Shown one piece after another: positions 1 to 8,850 of a stretch of 64,000 nt of DNA (its first letter is position 1; each line of letters begins with the position of its first letter). The notes below the pieces were generated by a model. The model was not told the origin of the DNA. It searched no databases and saw only the letters and a list, made by a program, of their open reading frames with translations. This stretch comes from Candidatus Woesearchaeota archaeon (lineage in GTDB: Archaea > Nanobdellota > Nanobdellia > Tiddalikarchaeales > Tiddalikarchaeaceae): NCBI GenBank assembly GCA_964457955.1, contig CAYWEY010000005.1, positions 923 through 64,922 of the forward strand, given 5' to 3'. Made by a program: the position numbers and the translations under genes.

Positions 1-3000
1 CGGCACTCCTTTCTCAGGTTCTTGGAGTATTAATAGTGTGGGCCGTAATGTGGAAAGCACTTCTGTTGGTGATTTTAATCGTAATGGTCTTATTGATTTA
101 GTGGCAAATGATGGTTCTAATCTTTATGTTTTCAGGAATGACGGCACTCCTTTCTCAGGTTCTTGGTTTGAGAATAATGTTGGTCAGACGAATTCGAGTG
201 TTGTTGACTTGTCTTTAGGTGATGTTGATAATGATGGTTTTTTAGATTTTTTAAGTTTAGTTAGTAGTGGTGAAATAGATATTTTCAGGAATGATGGTTC
301 TCCTTTTAGTGGTGAGTGGAGCAATATTTCAATATATAATAATTTTTCATTCAATTCAGTTTCTATTGAAGCAGGAGACTTTGATAATGATGGTGATTTG
401 GATGTTTTGGCAGGAAGCCTTGTTTTAGGCACTAATTCACTGATTAAAATCTTTAAGAATCATGGGATTAATGGAGGGAATGGTCCTTGCTGTGGTGATG
501 ATAGTAGTGTTGAGGATTTCTGGAACAGTTCTCTATATTGTTATCAGGGAAGTATTTTTTCTGATTTAGATTCTTCCACTGGTTTATGTAATAGTAAAGG
601 GAGTATTTACTTCAGCGGAAGCCTTTCAGGAAGCAATGGTCCTTGCTGTGGTGATGATGGCAGTAGTGATGTCTTTTATAATTCAAGCTATTTATGTAGT
701 TATGGTGGATTAGTTTTTGATGAGGATGCTTTATACACTGAAGATAAGTATGGTGATAATATTAATTATTCTAGTGGTAAAGGTGTGTGTGAATTGAAAG
801 GAAATACTTGGATGGAGGGAAATATTTCTTTACGTGATGCTGCACAATATTTTGCTGGTGATGATCCTATTGATATAGCTCTCGGTGATTTAAATAATGA
901 TGAAATATTAGATATTGTTGCAACAAACGAAGGGATAGATAATGTTAGTATATTATTAGGTGTTGGTGACGGCACTTTCGGCAGTAATACAACTCTTGCT
1001 ACTGGTGAAACTCCTCTTAGTGTTGCTCTAGGTGATTTAAATAATGATGGAGATTTAGATATTATTACAGCAAATAAATATTCTCATGATGTTAGTGTAT
1101 TCTTAGGGAATGGTGACGGAACTTTTGCCAGTAATGTTAGTTATTTCTTATATAAAAACGGTTTTGATAGTGTCCAACCAACAGATGTGACTCTCGGAGA
1201 TGTTGATAATGATGGAGATTTAGATATAGTGGTTGCTTCAGGAGAATTTAATTATGATTTTGGAGTATTATTAGGTGTTGGTGACGGCACTTTCGGCAAT
1301 GTCACTTACTACGGTGCGGGTAATTGGCCTAAAAAGATTAGTTTAGGTGATGTTGATAATGATGGAAACTTGGATGCACTAATCCAGCATGGTTGGTCTA
1401 ACAAAATAGGATTAATATTTGGTTATGGTAATGGAGAGTTTGGGGAATTCAGAACAATTCATGACGAAAAAAAATTCTTTGATTCAACTCTCGGTGATTT
1501 GAATAATGATGGAAACTTGGACATAATATATTACTCTTACGATGACGAAATCGATGCATTTTTAGGATATGGCAACGGTTCATTCTATGATTCAAATAAT
1601 CCTTTTATCAAAAACTATATTAATTACTTAAAGGTTGGTGATATGGACAATGATGGAAACATAGATGTGGTTTTAACAAGTAATTATAATGATGAAGTTA
1701 GTATATTATTAGGAGGGGGGGATGGGAGTTTTGTAAATATTATTTCTTTTCCAGCAGATACTCCTGGTGAGATTGCTTTAGGAGATCTTGAAAACGATGG
1801 TGATATTGATATTGTGGTCTCTAATGGTTCCCACCCCACATATTATTTTAATTCATTGTTAAATGAATTAATTTCAGGAAATAACGGTCCATGCTGTGGT
1901 GATGACGGTGCGGATGATGATTTCTGGAATAGTTCTCATTATTGCGTTGATGGGAGTATAGAAGATAGTTGTGGAGATGGAACCTGTCAGTCATGGGAAT
2001 CCAGCAGCACCTGCTCTGATGATTGTAATGCTTGGCAGTTATTGAGGTATGATTCCAATAATACAGGTTATAGTTATGAAGTTACTTTCCCGGAACAATC
2101 AGGAATTTTTGAAGTTAAGAACTTTACTGATGTTGATTATTCCGGATATAGTGGAAGGTCATCATCTCCCAGAGTAGCTGAATTATCAGGAGATGATTAT
2201 CCGGACATTGTTCTTTTCAGTGGGCATACAGGACTCAAATCATATTATGGGAACAATGATTCTTTGTATTGGGAGAATGATTCAATTTCATCTTCTGCAA
2301 TAGATAATACAATTTTTTCGGAAGCACCTATTGCTTTAGGAGATATTGATAATGATGGTTTGAATGAAGTAGTTGTTTACGGCAATGTTGGAGTTTATGT
2401 TTTTAATAATGATGGTTCGTACAAATGGTTCACCAGTTTTGATGGAAATAGTTCAACAAACAATCTTCAAATAAGAGATTTGGATAATAATAATATTAAT
2501 GATATCCTTATTGGTTTCACTTATTCTTCAGGAGATTATACTTCTCTTACAGCACTAAAAGGAAGTGATGGGTCTATAATATGGGAGTATCATCCCAACG
2601 ACGGCGAACATAATTATGAAATGTACTCAACCCCTGCAGTTGCTGACATCGATAATGATGGACAAGTTGAAGTAATTTTTGGCTCAGATTATAATAAAAT
2701 TCATTGTTTATCAGGCAATAATGGTGATGAAGAATGGGTGTTTAACACAAATGATGTTGTTCGTTCCTCTCCAGGAATTAATGATTTGAATGATGACGGT
2801 TATCCGGATGTTATTTTCGGATGTAATGATTCTAAAGTTTATGCAGTCAGTGGCAGTGATCATTCTGAAATATGGAATTATCCTGTTTCAGAAGGAGTTC
2901 CTGAAAGGAATATTGCTTTAGGAGATGTTGATAATGATGACAGTATGGATGTTGTTTTTGTATCAAGCGATGATAAAGTGAGAGCAATAAATGATTTAGG

Positions 3001-3310
3001 AAATTTATTATGGGATCACCAATTATCAAATGTGAGAACAGGAATCAATCAATGCTCCTCTCCTTCAATAGGTGATGTTGATGGTGATGGAGTTAATGAA
3101 ATCATTGTATCATTTGTTGAAGAATCATCGGAGGATATTCGTGTCGTAATACTGGACGGAGAAACTGGTTTGGAGGAGGACAATATATTGTACCAGCATT
3201 CAGGAGCAGGAATTTCAGGAATTTATCAACCAGGAGATTCTATAAACCTTGCAGATGTTGATGGTGATGGAGTGGTTGAAATAATATTCTCAGCAAGCAA
3301 TCTAGTATAA
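1..3310 (+). CDS. Large secreted/surface protein, 5'-truncated at window edge; tandem FG-GAP/VCBS-like beta-propeller repeats plus Cys-rich 'NGPCCGDD..F[WY]NSS.YC' modules
   Basis: Listed ORF 38..3310 remains open in-frame back to nt 2, and nt 1-30 already encode the repeated 'GTPFSGSW' motif, so the start lies upstream. More than 12 DxDxDGxLD-type repeats. Three CCGDD modules. 'CGDGTCQSWES' motif shared with the ORF at 61278. Confidence 0.6.
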   Translation, partial: GTPFSGSWSINSVGRNVESTSVGDFNRNGLIDLVANDGSNLYVFRNDGTPFSGSWFENNVGQTNSSVVDLSLGDVDNDGFLDFLSLVSSGEIDIFRNDGSPFSGEWSNISIYNNFSFNSVSIEAGDFDNDGDLDVLAGSLVLGTNSLIKIFKNHGINGGNGPCCGDDSSVEDFWNSSLYCYQGSIFSDLDSSTGLCNSKGSIYFSGSLSGSNGPCCGDDGSSDVFYNSSYLCSYGGLVFDEDALYTEDKYGDNINYSSGKGVCELKGNTWMEGNISLRDAAQYFAGDDPIDIALGDLNNDEILDIVATNEGIDNVSILLGVGDGTFGSNTTLATGETPLSVALGDLNNDGDLDIITANKYSHDVSVFLGNGDGTFASNVSYFLYKNGFDSVQPTDVTLGDVDNDGDLDIVVASGEFNYDFGVLLGVGDGTFGNVTYYGAGNWPKKISLGDVDNDGNLDALIQHGWSNKIGLIFGYGNGEFGEFRTIHDEKKFFDSTLGDLNNDGNLDIIYYSYDDEIDAFLGYGNGSFYDSNNPFIKNYINYLKVGDMDNDGNIDVVLTSNYNDEVSILLGGGDGSFVNIISFPADTPGEIALGDLENDGDIDIVVSNGSHPTYYFNSLLNELISGNNGPCCGDDGADDDFWNSSHYCVDGSIEDSCGDGTCQSWESSSTCSDDCNAWQLLRYDSNNTGYSYEVTFPEQSGIFEVKNFTDVDYSGYSGRSSSPRVAELSGDDYPDIVLFSGHTGLKSYYGNNDSLYWENDSISSSAIDNTIFSEAPIALGDIDNDGLNEVVVYGNVGVYVFNNDGSYKWFTSFDGNSSTNNLQIRDLDNNNINDILIGFTYSSGDYTSLTALKGSDGSIIWEYHPNDGEHNYEMYSTPAVADIDNDGQVEVIFGSDYNKIHCLSGNNGDEEWVFNTNDVVRSSPGINDLNDDGYPDVIFGCNDSKVYAVSGSDHSEIWNYPVSEGVPERNIALGDVDNDDSMDVVFVSSDDKVRAINDLGNLLWDHQLSNVRTGINQCSSPSIGDVDGDGVNEIIVSFVEESSEDIRVVILDGETGLEEDNILYQHSGAGISGIYQPGDSINLADVDGDGVVEIIFSASNLV

Positions 3311-3418
3311 AAAAAAATATTGGGAAGCAGGATAAGACTTTTTGAATTCTAACTAAGAAGATGGAAATATATAATAAGCACAACTTTTTTAAACTCTATT
3401 ATTATTTCATTAATAATT

Positions 3419-3625
3419 ATGGGCAGAGTAAGAAATACGTGGGTAAGAAGAAATGTGGAGAAAATAATGGATAGGTTCGGAGACGAGTTCACAAAAGATT
3501 TTGAGAAAAATAAGGAAATACTTAAAGAGAAGACAAAAACTTATTCAAAAAAAGTCAGGAATCGAATGGCAGGATACATTACTAAGATAAAGAAAGAAGG
3601 AATAATACTTAAAAAAGTAGAATAA
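3419..3625 (+). CDS. rps17e: 30S ribosomal protein S17e
   Basis: Starts with MGRVRN (the characteristic S17e N-terminus is MGRVRTK); small and basic; internal 'RNRMAGYITK' matches the S17e 'RNKIAGYVTH' block. Confidence 0.75.
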   Translation: MGRVRNTWVRRNVEKIMDRFGDEFTKDFEKNKEILKEKTKTYSKKVRNRMAGYITKIKKEGIILKKVE

Positions 3626-3627
3626 GA

Positions 3628-6471
3628 CTATTCAATAAAAATACCTGGCTTGTTGGGAAGAGCATTTTTCGACTTCTTATTACTTGAATCTTCAGATTTA
3701 ATAATACTTATTTCGCAATTGAACTTTTTCCTGAAGAACTCATTCATATTCCTTAAAGCACTGAGTTCTTTATTCTGGGAATAAATCTTGTCAGGAATCT
3801 TGCCTACATCTTTAACAACGATTTCAACAATACCGACAGTACTCTTGCCATGCTTCTTGAACTCGTCTTTTTTCATCACTTCTTTGAGAATTTTGTTGAA
3901 CTCTTTCTCTTTCTTCATAATATTCTTCAATTCTTTGAACAAAGAATGCTTCCACTTCTCGCTTACAAAAATCTTTATTTTCTCAGGCTCTTTACCAACG
4001 AGTTTGATAATATTATTCGTGTCGCGCACAACATTATTATATAATTCAACAAAGAACTCGCTCTCCTCATCCACCCTATTCTCATCATATTCTGGGAAGC
4101 TTAGTTCATGAACAAGACGATCCTCACCAAGAACTGCATTAATCTCTTCACAAGTGTGGGGTATGAAAGGAACATTAATCCTTGAGAAAACACTGTAAGC
4201 ATAATTAATAGTTTCTTTATTAGGAACTTTTTTATGACTCAAGTAAACATTAATATTTTTTAATAAGCCGTGAAAACTATGCTTCAAAGCACTCCTGTTA
4301 AGCATATTCTTCAAAAGACTATTAGTCTTCTTAATCCTCTTCTGAATACGGGAATACAACCACTTGTCAAAAACGTCTTTTTCACCTTCAACACTCTCTA
4401 AGTCCTTAACTCTCTCAATTAAAGCTTCTAATTTCCTTTTGAAATTCTCAGCAGACTTGGTCTGAAAATCAGCATCATCAATACCTTCAGCAGTGTCAAA
4501 AAAAGCAAGACGAGTCGCGTCACACCCGTACTTATTAATAGCTTCGCGCAATGAAACAAAATTACCCTTACTCTTACTCATCTTCATACCATCAAGAGTA
4601 ACCCAACCATTTGCACCAATAGCTCGCGGCCAGAATTCTTCATCCCAGAACGCAACATGATTATAAATGAAGAAAACAAGATGATTAGTCAATAAGTCCT
4701 TCCCACTATTCCTCAAATCAACAGGATAAAAATACAATAATTCATCACGAACCTTTTTCAGCAAGTCAGCACTAACTTTTGTCTTCTCACTGACTTCCTT
4801 AACACTACCTTCTCCGAGCAGCACATAGTTAAAGAATTCAGGACTCATATTCTCACTGCTTATATCACCATGATTAACGTACTTGCTGATAATATAATAA
4901 CTCATATAAATAGTACTATCACTCAAGCATTCAATAGTGTACTCAGGAGCCCACGGTAATGGTGTCCCAAGCCCGCTCTTGCGAGCGCAAGCCTTATCCT
5001 TCAAATTATTAATCATGTTACGCATAACATTAACAGCTTCACCAGGATAAACAGTCATATCTTCAAGACACTTAAGTGCTTTCTTCTTCCAATCCTCATC
5101 ACTATAAGCAATGAACCACTGGTCCTTAATTATTTTAACAACAGCAGGAGTCAAACACCTGCAAATAACAGGCTCACTCATCTCATAAAGAAGACTCGCT
5201 TCACCTTTCTCCACCATCTCTTCCTTGACATCATCCTTAACATCCCTGACTTTCTTGCCAGCATACTCTCCGCAATTATTATTCATAACTCCTTTATGAA
5301 AACCAATTTTGTAAACATGCTTAGTGGCTTTTTCAAGCTTGTTCTTGTCAAGAGTACTTATTCCCCTCTCTTCACAAACCTTAACACCCGCCTTATCACC
5401 AAGTTCAGGTGTCTTAATAATAGGAATGACTTCAATACTCCTCACTTCATCATAATCCAGTCCGTACTTCTCGCAAGCCTCCTTGCTCTCCTGCAATATT
5501 TTGAGACTAATCCAGTCAAAAGGAGCGTCACTCGGAACACTAGTCACAATCCCTGTTCCAACACCTGCTTCGCAGTGAAAACTCGGAAGAATAATAATTT
5601 CTTTACCAATCATAGGTGCCTTACAATACTTACTTATTAAATCCTCACCCTTAACTTTCCCAATTATTTCAACATCATCCTTCTGCCAACCTAGTTTTTC
5701 AGCACACTCTTCAGAAATTATCCAGACTTCGTCATCAACCTCGGCGCGCACATACATAATATCAGGATGAACCCACAAATTAGTCTGTCCATAAACAGTT
5801 TCAGGACGCAGTGTAGCAGCAACTAAGAATTCATCCCCGAACTCAAACTTCAACAAGACGTATTCTTCAATAGTAGCATTCTCACCTTCTTTCCGGTCAT
5901 GACTCCCGCTCGGACTCTCGCACTCAGGGCAGAAAATAACGGGATGAGTTCCTTTCTTAACCAAACCCATCTCTCTAAGTTTAAGAAACTGCCATGTAAC
6001 GAACTTATTATACTCAGGATTAAGCTTGGTTGTGTGAAAACTCCTCCTCCAGTCAATACTTAATCCAAAATCTTTCAAATCCTTCTTCCATTCATTAATA
6101 AAATACTTGATAATATACTCAGGATTCTTGAACTTCTTAACAGCCTCTTCCTTAATCCCTATCTTCTTAAGACTATTAATCTGTGACTCATCACCTTTCT
6201 TAACGCGTTTAGCAGCACCAACAATAGGTTCGCCAGTAGCATGAAAACCCATGGGGAAAAGACTGTTATAACCCAGCATCATGTAAAAACGACTCATCAT
6301 ATCCGTTCTTAAAATACTGTAAGCATGCCCTACATGAGGACTCAAGTTAATGTAGGGATAAGGAAAAGTGACAAAATACTTATCTTTATCTTTTTCAACC
6401 TCTGCTTCAAAAACCTTACTATCCTCCCATTCTCTCTGCCACTTCTTCTCAACTTCATGAATATTAGTCAT
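3628..6471 (-). CDS. leuS: Leucyl-tRNA synthetase, archaeal/eukaryal type
   Basis: 947 aa. Class I HIGH motif 'HVGHAY' and KMSKS motif 'KMSKSKGN'. CP1 editing-domain-like middle region. Confidence 0.93.
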   Translation of the reverse strand: MTNIHEVEKKWQREWEDSKVFEAEVEKDKDKYFVTFPYPYINLSPHVGHAYSILRTDMMSRFYMMLGYNSLFPMGFHATGEPIVGAAKRVKKGDESQINSLKKIGIKEEAVKKFKNPEYIIKYFINEWKKDLKDFGLSIDWRRSFHTTKLNPEYNKFVTWQFLKLREMGLVKKGTHPVIFCPECESPSGSHDRKEGENATIEEYVLLKFEFGDEFLVAATLRPETVYGQTNLWVHPDIMYVRAEVDDEVWIISEECAEKLGWQKDDVEIIGKVKGEDLISKYCKAPMIGKEIIILPSFHCEAGVGTGIVTSVPSDAPFDWISLKILQESKEACEKYGLDYDEVRSIEVIPIIKTPELGDKAGVKVCEERGISTLDKNKLEKATKHVYKIGFHKGVMNNNCGEYAGKKVRDVKDDVKEEMVEKGEASLLYEMSEPVICRCLTPAVVKIIKDQWFIAYSDEDWKKKALKCLEDMTVYPGEAVNVMRNMINNLKDKACARKSGLGTPLPWAPEYTIECLSDSTIYMSYYIISKYVNHGDISSENMSPEFFNYVLLGEGSVKEVSEKTKVSADLLKKVRDELLYFYPVDLRNSGKDLLTNHLVFFIYNHVAFWDEEFWPRAIGANGWVTLDGMKMSKSKGNFVSLREAINKYGCDATRLAFFDTAEGIDDADFQTKSAENFKRKLEALIERVKDLESVEGEKDVFDKWLYSRIQKRIKKTNSLLKNMLNRSALKHSFHGLLKNINVYLSHKKVPNKETINYAYSVFSRINVPFIPHTCEEINAVLGEDRLVHELSFPEYDENRVDEESEFFVELYNNVVRDTNNIIKLVGKEPEKIKIFVSEKWKHSLFKELKNIMKKEKEFNKILKEVMKKDEFKKHGKSTVGIVEIVVKDVGKIPDKIYSQNKELSALRNMNEFFRKKFNCEISIIKSEDSSNKKSKNALPNKPGIFIE

Positions 6472-6518
6472 TGTTTAAGAATCAAATAATTAATAGTTTT
6501 TTATTAATTTTTTTATTT

Positions 6519-7058
6519 CTAGAAAAAAAAGTCAGGAGTGTAAAGAATCAATCTCCCATTAATAATCCTATTCTCCTCCCTGCACTCCCCGCAAGTTAAT
6601 AATTCCAAATCACCTTCTTCAGTAGTGTACAAGTGATGTATTCCTAAATCATGAGTTCCATGCTCTTTTATGAACTCATTCCTCTCTTTCTGAGATTTTT
6701 TATTACAATCACTGCAGACAATAGAATGATACTCTCCCACTGATGTAGGAGTTGTTTCAAAATATACTTCATGCTTTTCATGACTCTTTATGAAATCATT
6801 AATAATTTTTTTACCAAATCTTTCATAAAAACTCTTTATTTTATTGCTTGTTTCAAGGACTTTAATATTCTCTTTCCCACCAATATAATAAAACACTCTT
6901 TCGCCACCATTATCCAGATAAGTTCTTATATAAGTGAATCCGCCTATTAATGTTTCAGGAGGATGCCCGATTTCTTCAACAGTCTTTTTATAAAAATCAC
7001 TAATAATACTGTCCAAATCCTGCCTGAATTCTTTCTTCAAAAAATCTCTGAAACTCAT
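6519..7058 (-). CDS. Hypothetical protein with C-terminal CxxC..CxxC zinc-ribbon-like motif
   Basis: 179-aa ORF; 'CSDCNKK ... CGECREE' pair; no recognisable family. Confidence 0.35.
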   Translation of the reverse strand: MSFRDFLKKEFRQDLDSIISDFYKKTVEEIGHPPETLIGGFTYIRTYLDNGGERVFYYIGGKENIKVLETSNKIKSFYERFGKKIINDFIKSHEKHEVYFETTPTSVGEYHSIVCSDCNKKSQKERNEFIKEHGTHDLGIHHLYTTEEGDLELLTCGECREENRIINGRLILYTPDFFF

Positions 7059-7125
7059 AATAATATTATGTTCCTTATTGTTTCAAAAACTTTTTTAAAC
7101 ACGAAAAAGGAGTAAATATAATTAA

Positions 7126-7243
7126 GGGGCTGTAGTCTAATCTGGAAGGGCAGCTGGCTCCAGCATAAATTGGTGGAGCGCTGAGGCGTTACACATGCCT
7201 GTGAAGAAACCAGCTAATCGGGGTTCAAATCCTCGCAGCCCCA
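7126..7243 (+). tRNA. tRNA-Trp (anticodon CCA) with 45-nt intron at canonical 37/38 position
   Basis: Acceptor GGGGCTG/CAGCCCC with discriminator A73. T-arm CGGGG-TTCAAAT-CCTCG. Anticodon stem GCTGG(7153-57)/CCAGC(7210-14), loop CT-CCA-G. Intron 7164..7208. Oligo-T tract downstream (~7324-7334). Confidence 0.75.
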
Positions 7244-7492
7244 TTTCTATATTAATCCAATTTGCTATCTTGACATAATACTCATGTGATTTCAGGAATA
7301 CTGGTTTCTGTCACTTCAGCACTTTTTTTTTTATATCAATATTATTAGGGCTTCCCGGAGAATCCGTTATTAAACTCACAAGTCTTGCAAACATGTTAGT
7401 TGATTCTTATGTTATTAAGAAGACTAATGAAAAACTAAGATGGTTCTGAAATCCCAAAAAGTTTTAAAACAATTCCGTAATAAAATTTTTGT

Positions 7493-7966
7493 ATGAGAGT
7501 TTCACACTTAATCAAGCCGAGAACAATATTCTTAATCACCAGCCACGCAGAAGGCGAGGACAACGTGGCAACTTTCAGTTTTGTAATGCCTGTAAGTTTC
7601 AGCCCGAAAATAGTGTGCTTCAGCATAGCACCTTCAAGACACACTTATTCTCTTTTGAAAAAGAACAAGGAATGCGTTCTTAATATTGTAACTCCTGAAA
7701 TGGAAGATATTATGTGGTACTGCGGAACACACACTGGCAGAGAAGAAGATAAGTTCAAAGAAAAAAATATAGATACGGAAAAGAGTGATGAAGTTAAGCC
7801 GTTGAGAATAAAGAAGAGTCCGGTACAAATAGGATGCAGGATAAAGGAATTCTTAAAATCAGGAGACCACACACTAGTATTATGCAAAGTTGTTGAAGAA
7901 CATGTTAAGAAACAAGAGTATGAGACAATGATGCATATTAGTGGGAAGGAGACTATAATAGTATGA
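7493..7966 (+). CDS. Flavin reductase-like FMN-binding domain protein
   Basis: 157 aa; 'RTIFLITSHAEGEDNVATFSFVMPVSFSPKIVCFSIAPSRHTYSLL' fits the split-barrel flavin reductase-like pattern. Confidence 0.55.
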   Translation: MRVSHLIKPRTIFLITSHAEGEDNVATFSFVMPVSFSPKIVCFSIAPSRHTYSLLKKNKECVLNIVTPEMEDIMWYCGTHTGREEDKFKEKNIDTEKSDEVKPLRIKKSPVQIGCRIKEFLKSGDHTLVLCKVVEEHVKKQEYETMMHISGKETIIV

Positions 7967-8571
7967 GCTCAATATTTTACAAACACTCTTTATTGTACAA
8001 TACTTTCTTAAGAATGATACACGGAAAAAAACTAAAAGAAAGGTACAAAAAAGTTTCAGAACTGGTTGGAAAAAACAAGAGAGTTCTTGACCTGGCATGC
8101 GGCACTTCTAAAATAATTGAATACTTGGATGATTCATGCAGTTATGAAGGATGGGATTTGAACAAATCATTCATTAACTATTCAAAAAAGAAAGGATTAA
8201 GCGTTAAATTAAAAAATGTTCTTGATTTTCAGGATTATCCTGAAAATGATGTAATATTAATAATTGACTTCTTACACCACATATGTCCTGACCACGACGA
8301 ATTAGTTGATAAAGTAATTGAAAAAACCAGGAAACTAATAATTGTTGAACCATACACTGCTTTAAACCCCTTGTACAAATCCAAATTTTTTAAAAAACTC
8401 ATAATTCCTATTAATATCTTATTTGGCGATTATGATGGCATAAATTCTCCGGAAAAACTTAATAAATGGAGTTATGAAGAAAAAAGTTTAAAAAAATTTT
8501 TCAGAAAAAAAGGAGCTGAAAAAATAATTAATTCAGGAATGGATTTGATTGCAGTGATAAACAATGAGTGA
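7963..8571 (+). CDS. Class I SAM-dependent methyltransferase
   Basis: Motif I 'VLDLACGTSKI'; 4-nt ATGA overlap with upstream gene. Confidence 0.65.
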   Translation: MSSIFYKHSLLYNTFLRMIHGKKLKERYKKVSELVGKNKRVLDLACGTSKIIEYLDDSCSYEGWDLNKSFINYSKKKGLSVKLKNVLDFQDYPENDVILIIDFLHHICPDHDELVDKVIEKTRKLIIVEPYTALNPLYKSKFFKKLIIPINILFGDYDGINSPEKLNKWSYEEKSLKKFFRKKGAEKIINSGMDLIAVINNE

Positions 8572-8770
8572 ATGGATGAGTGCTGTGAAAAAAAAATTCT
8601 TGGAACTAGTATTGAAATACTTGGATTATAATAAGTATTTGAAGAATTTGGAGAAACTATGCCTGCAGGTTATTAATGAAATGGGGGGGGATTTAAAATA
8701 TCAGGATGGAAGCTTAGGACAAAAGTTCAGAAAACTTTATAATAAACAAAGAATAATAGTTTGGTTATGA
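8564..8770 (+). CDS. Small hypothetical protein (68 aa)
   Basis: ORF overlapping the MTase stop by 8 nt; no family recognised. Confidence 0.25.
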   Translation: MSEWMSAVKKKFLELVLKYLDYNKYLKNLEKLCLQVINEMGGDLKYQDGSLGQKFRKLYNKQRIIVWL

Positions 8771-8850
8771 ATCGTGGTGAATGTCCCACACGCTTGTAAA
8801 AACTTTTTCTATTTAATAAAATTTAAAACTAACAAGGAGGTAATAGTTTT

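Noticed and set aside
184-975. Short antisense ORFs (184..432, 766..975, 2847..3029) inside the large FG-GAP gene
   Set aside because: Fully embedded antisense in a long repeat-rich CDS with low-complexity translations; typical spurious ORFs in AT-rich sequence.
7164-7208. Possible box C/D guide RNA inside the tRNA-Trp intron
   Set aside because: The intron is only 45 nt. It has one CUGA and a near-miss GUGAAGA in the wrong order, with no RUGAUGA box C. It is too short for a C/D sRNA as in Euryarchaeota.
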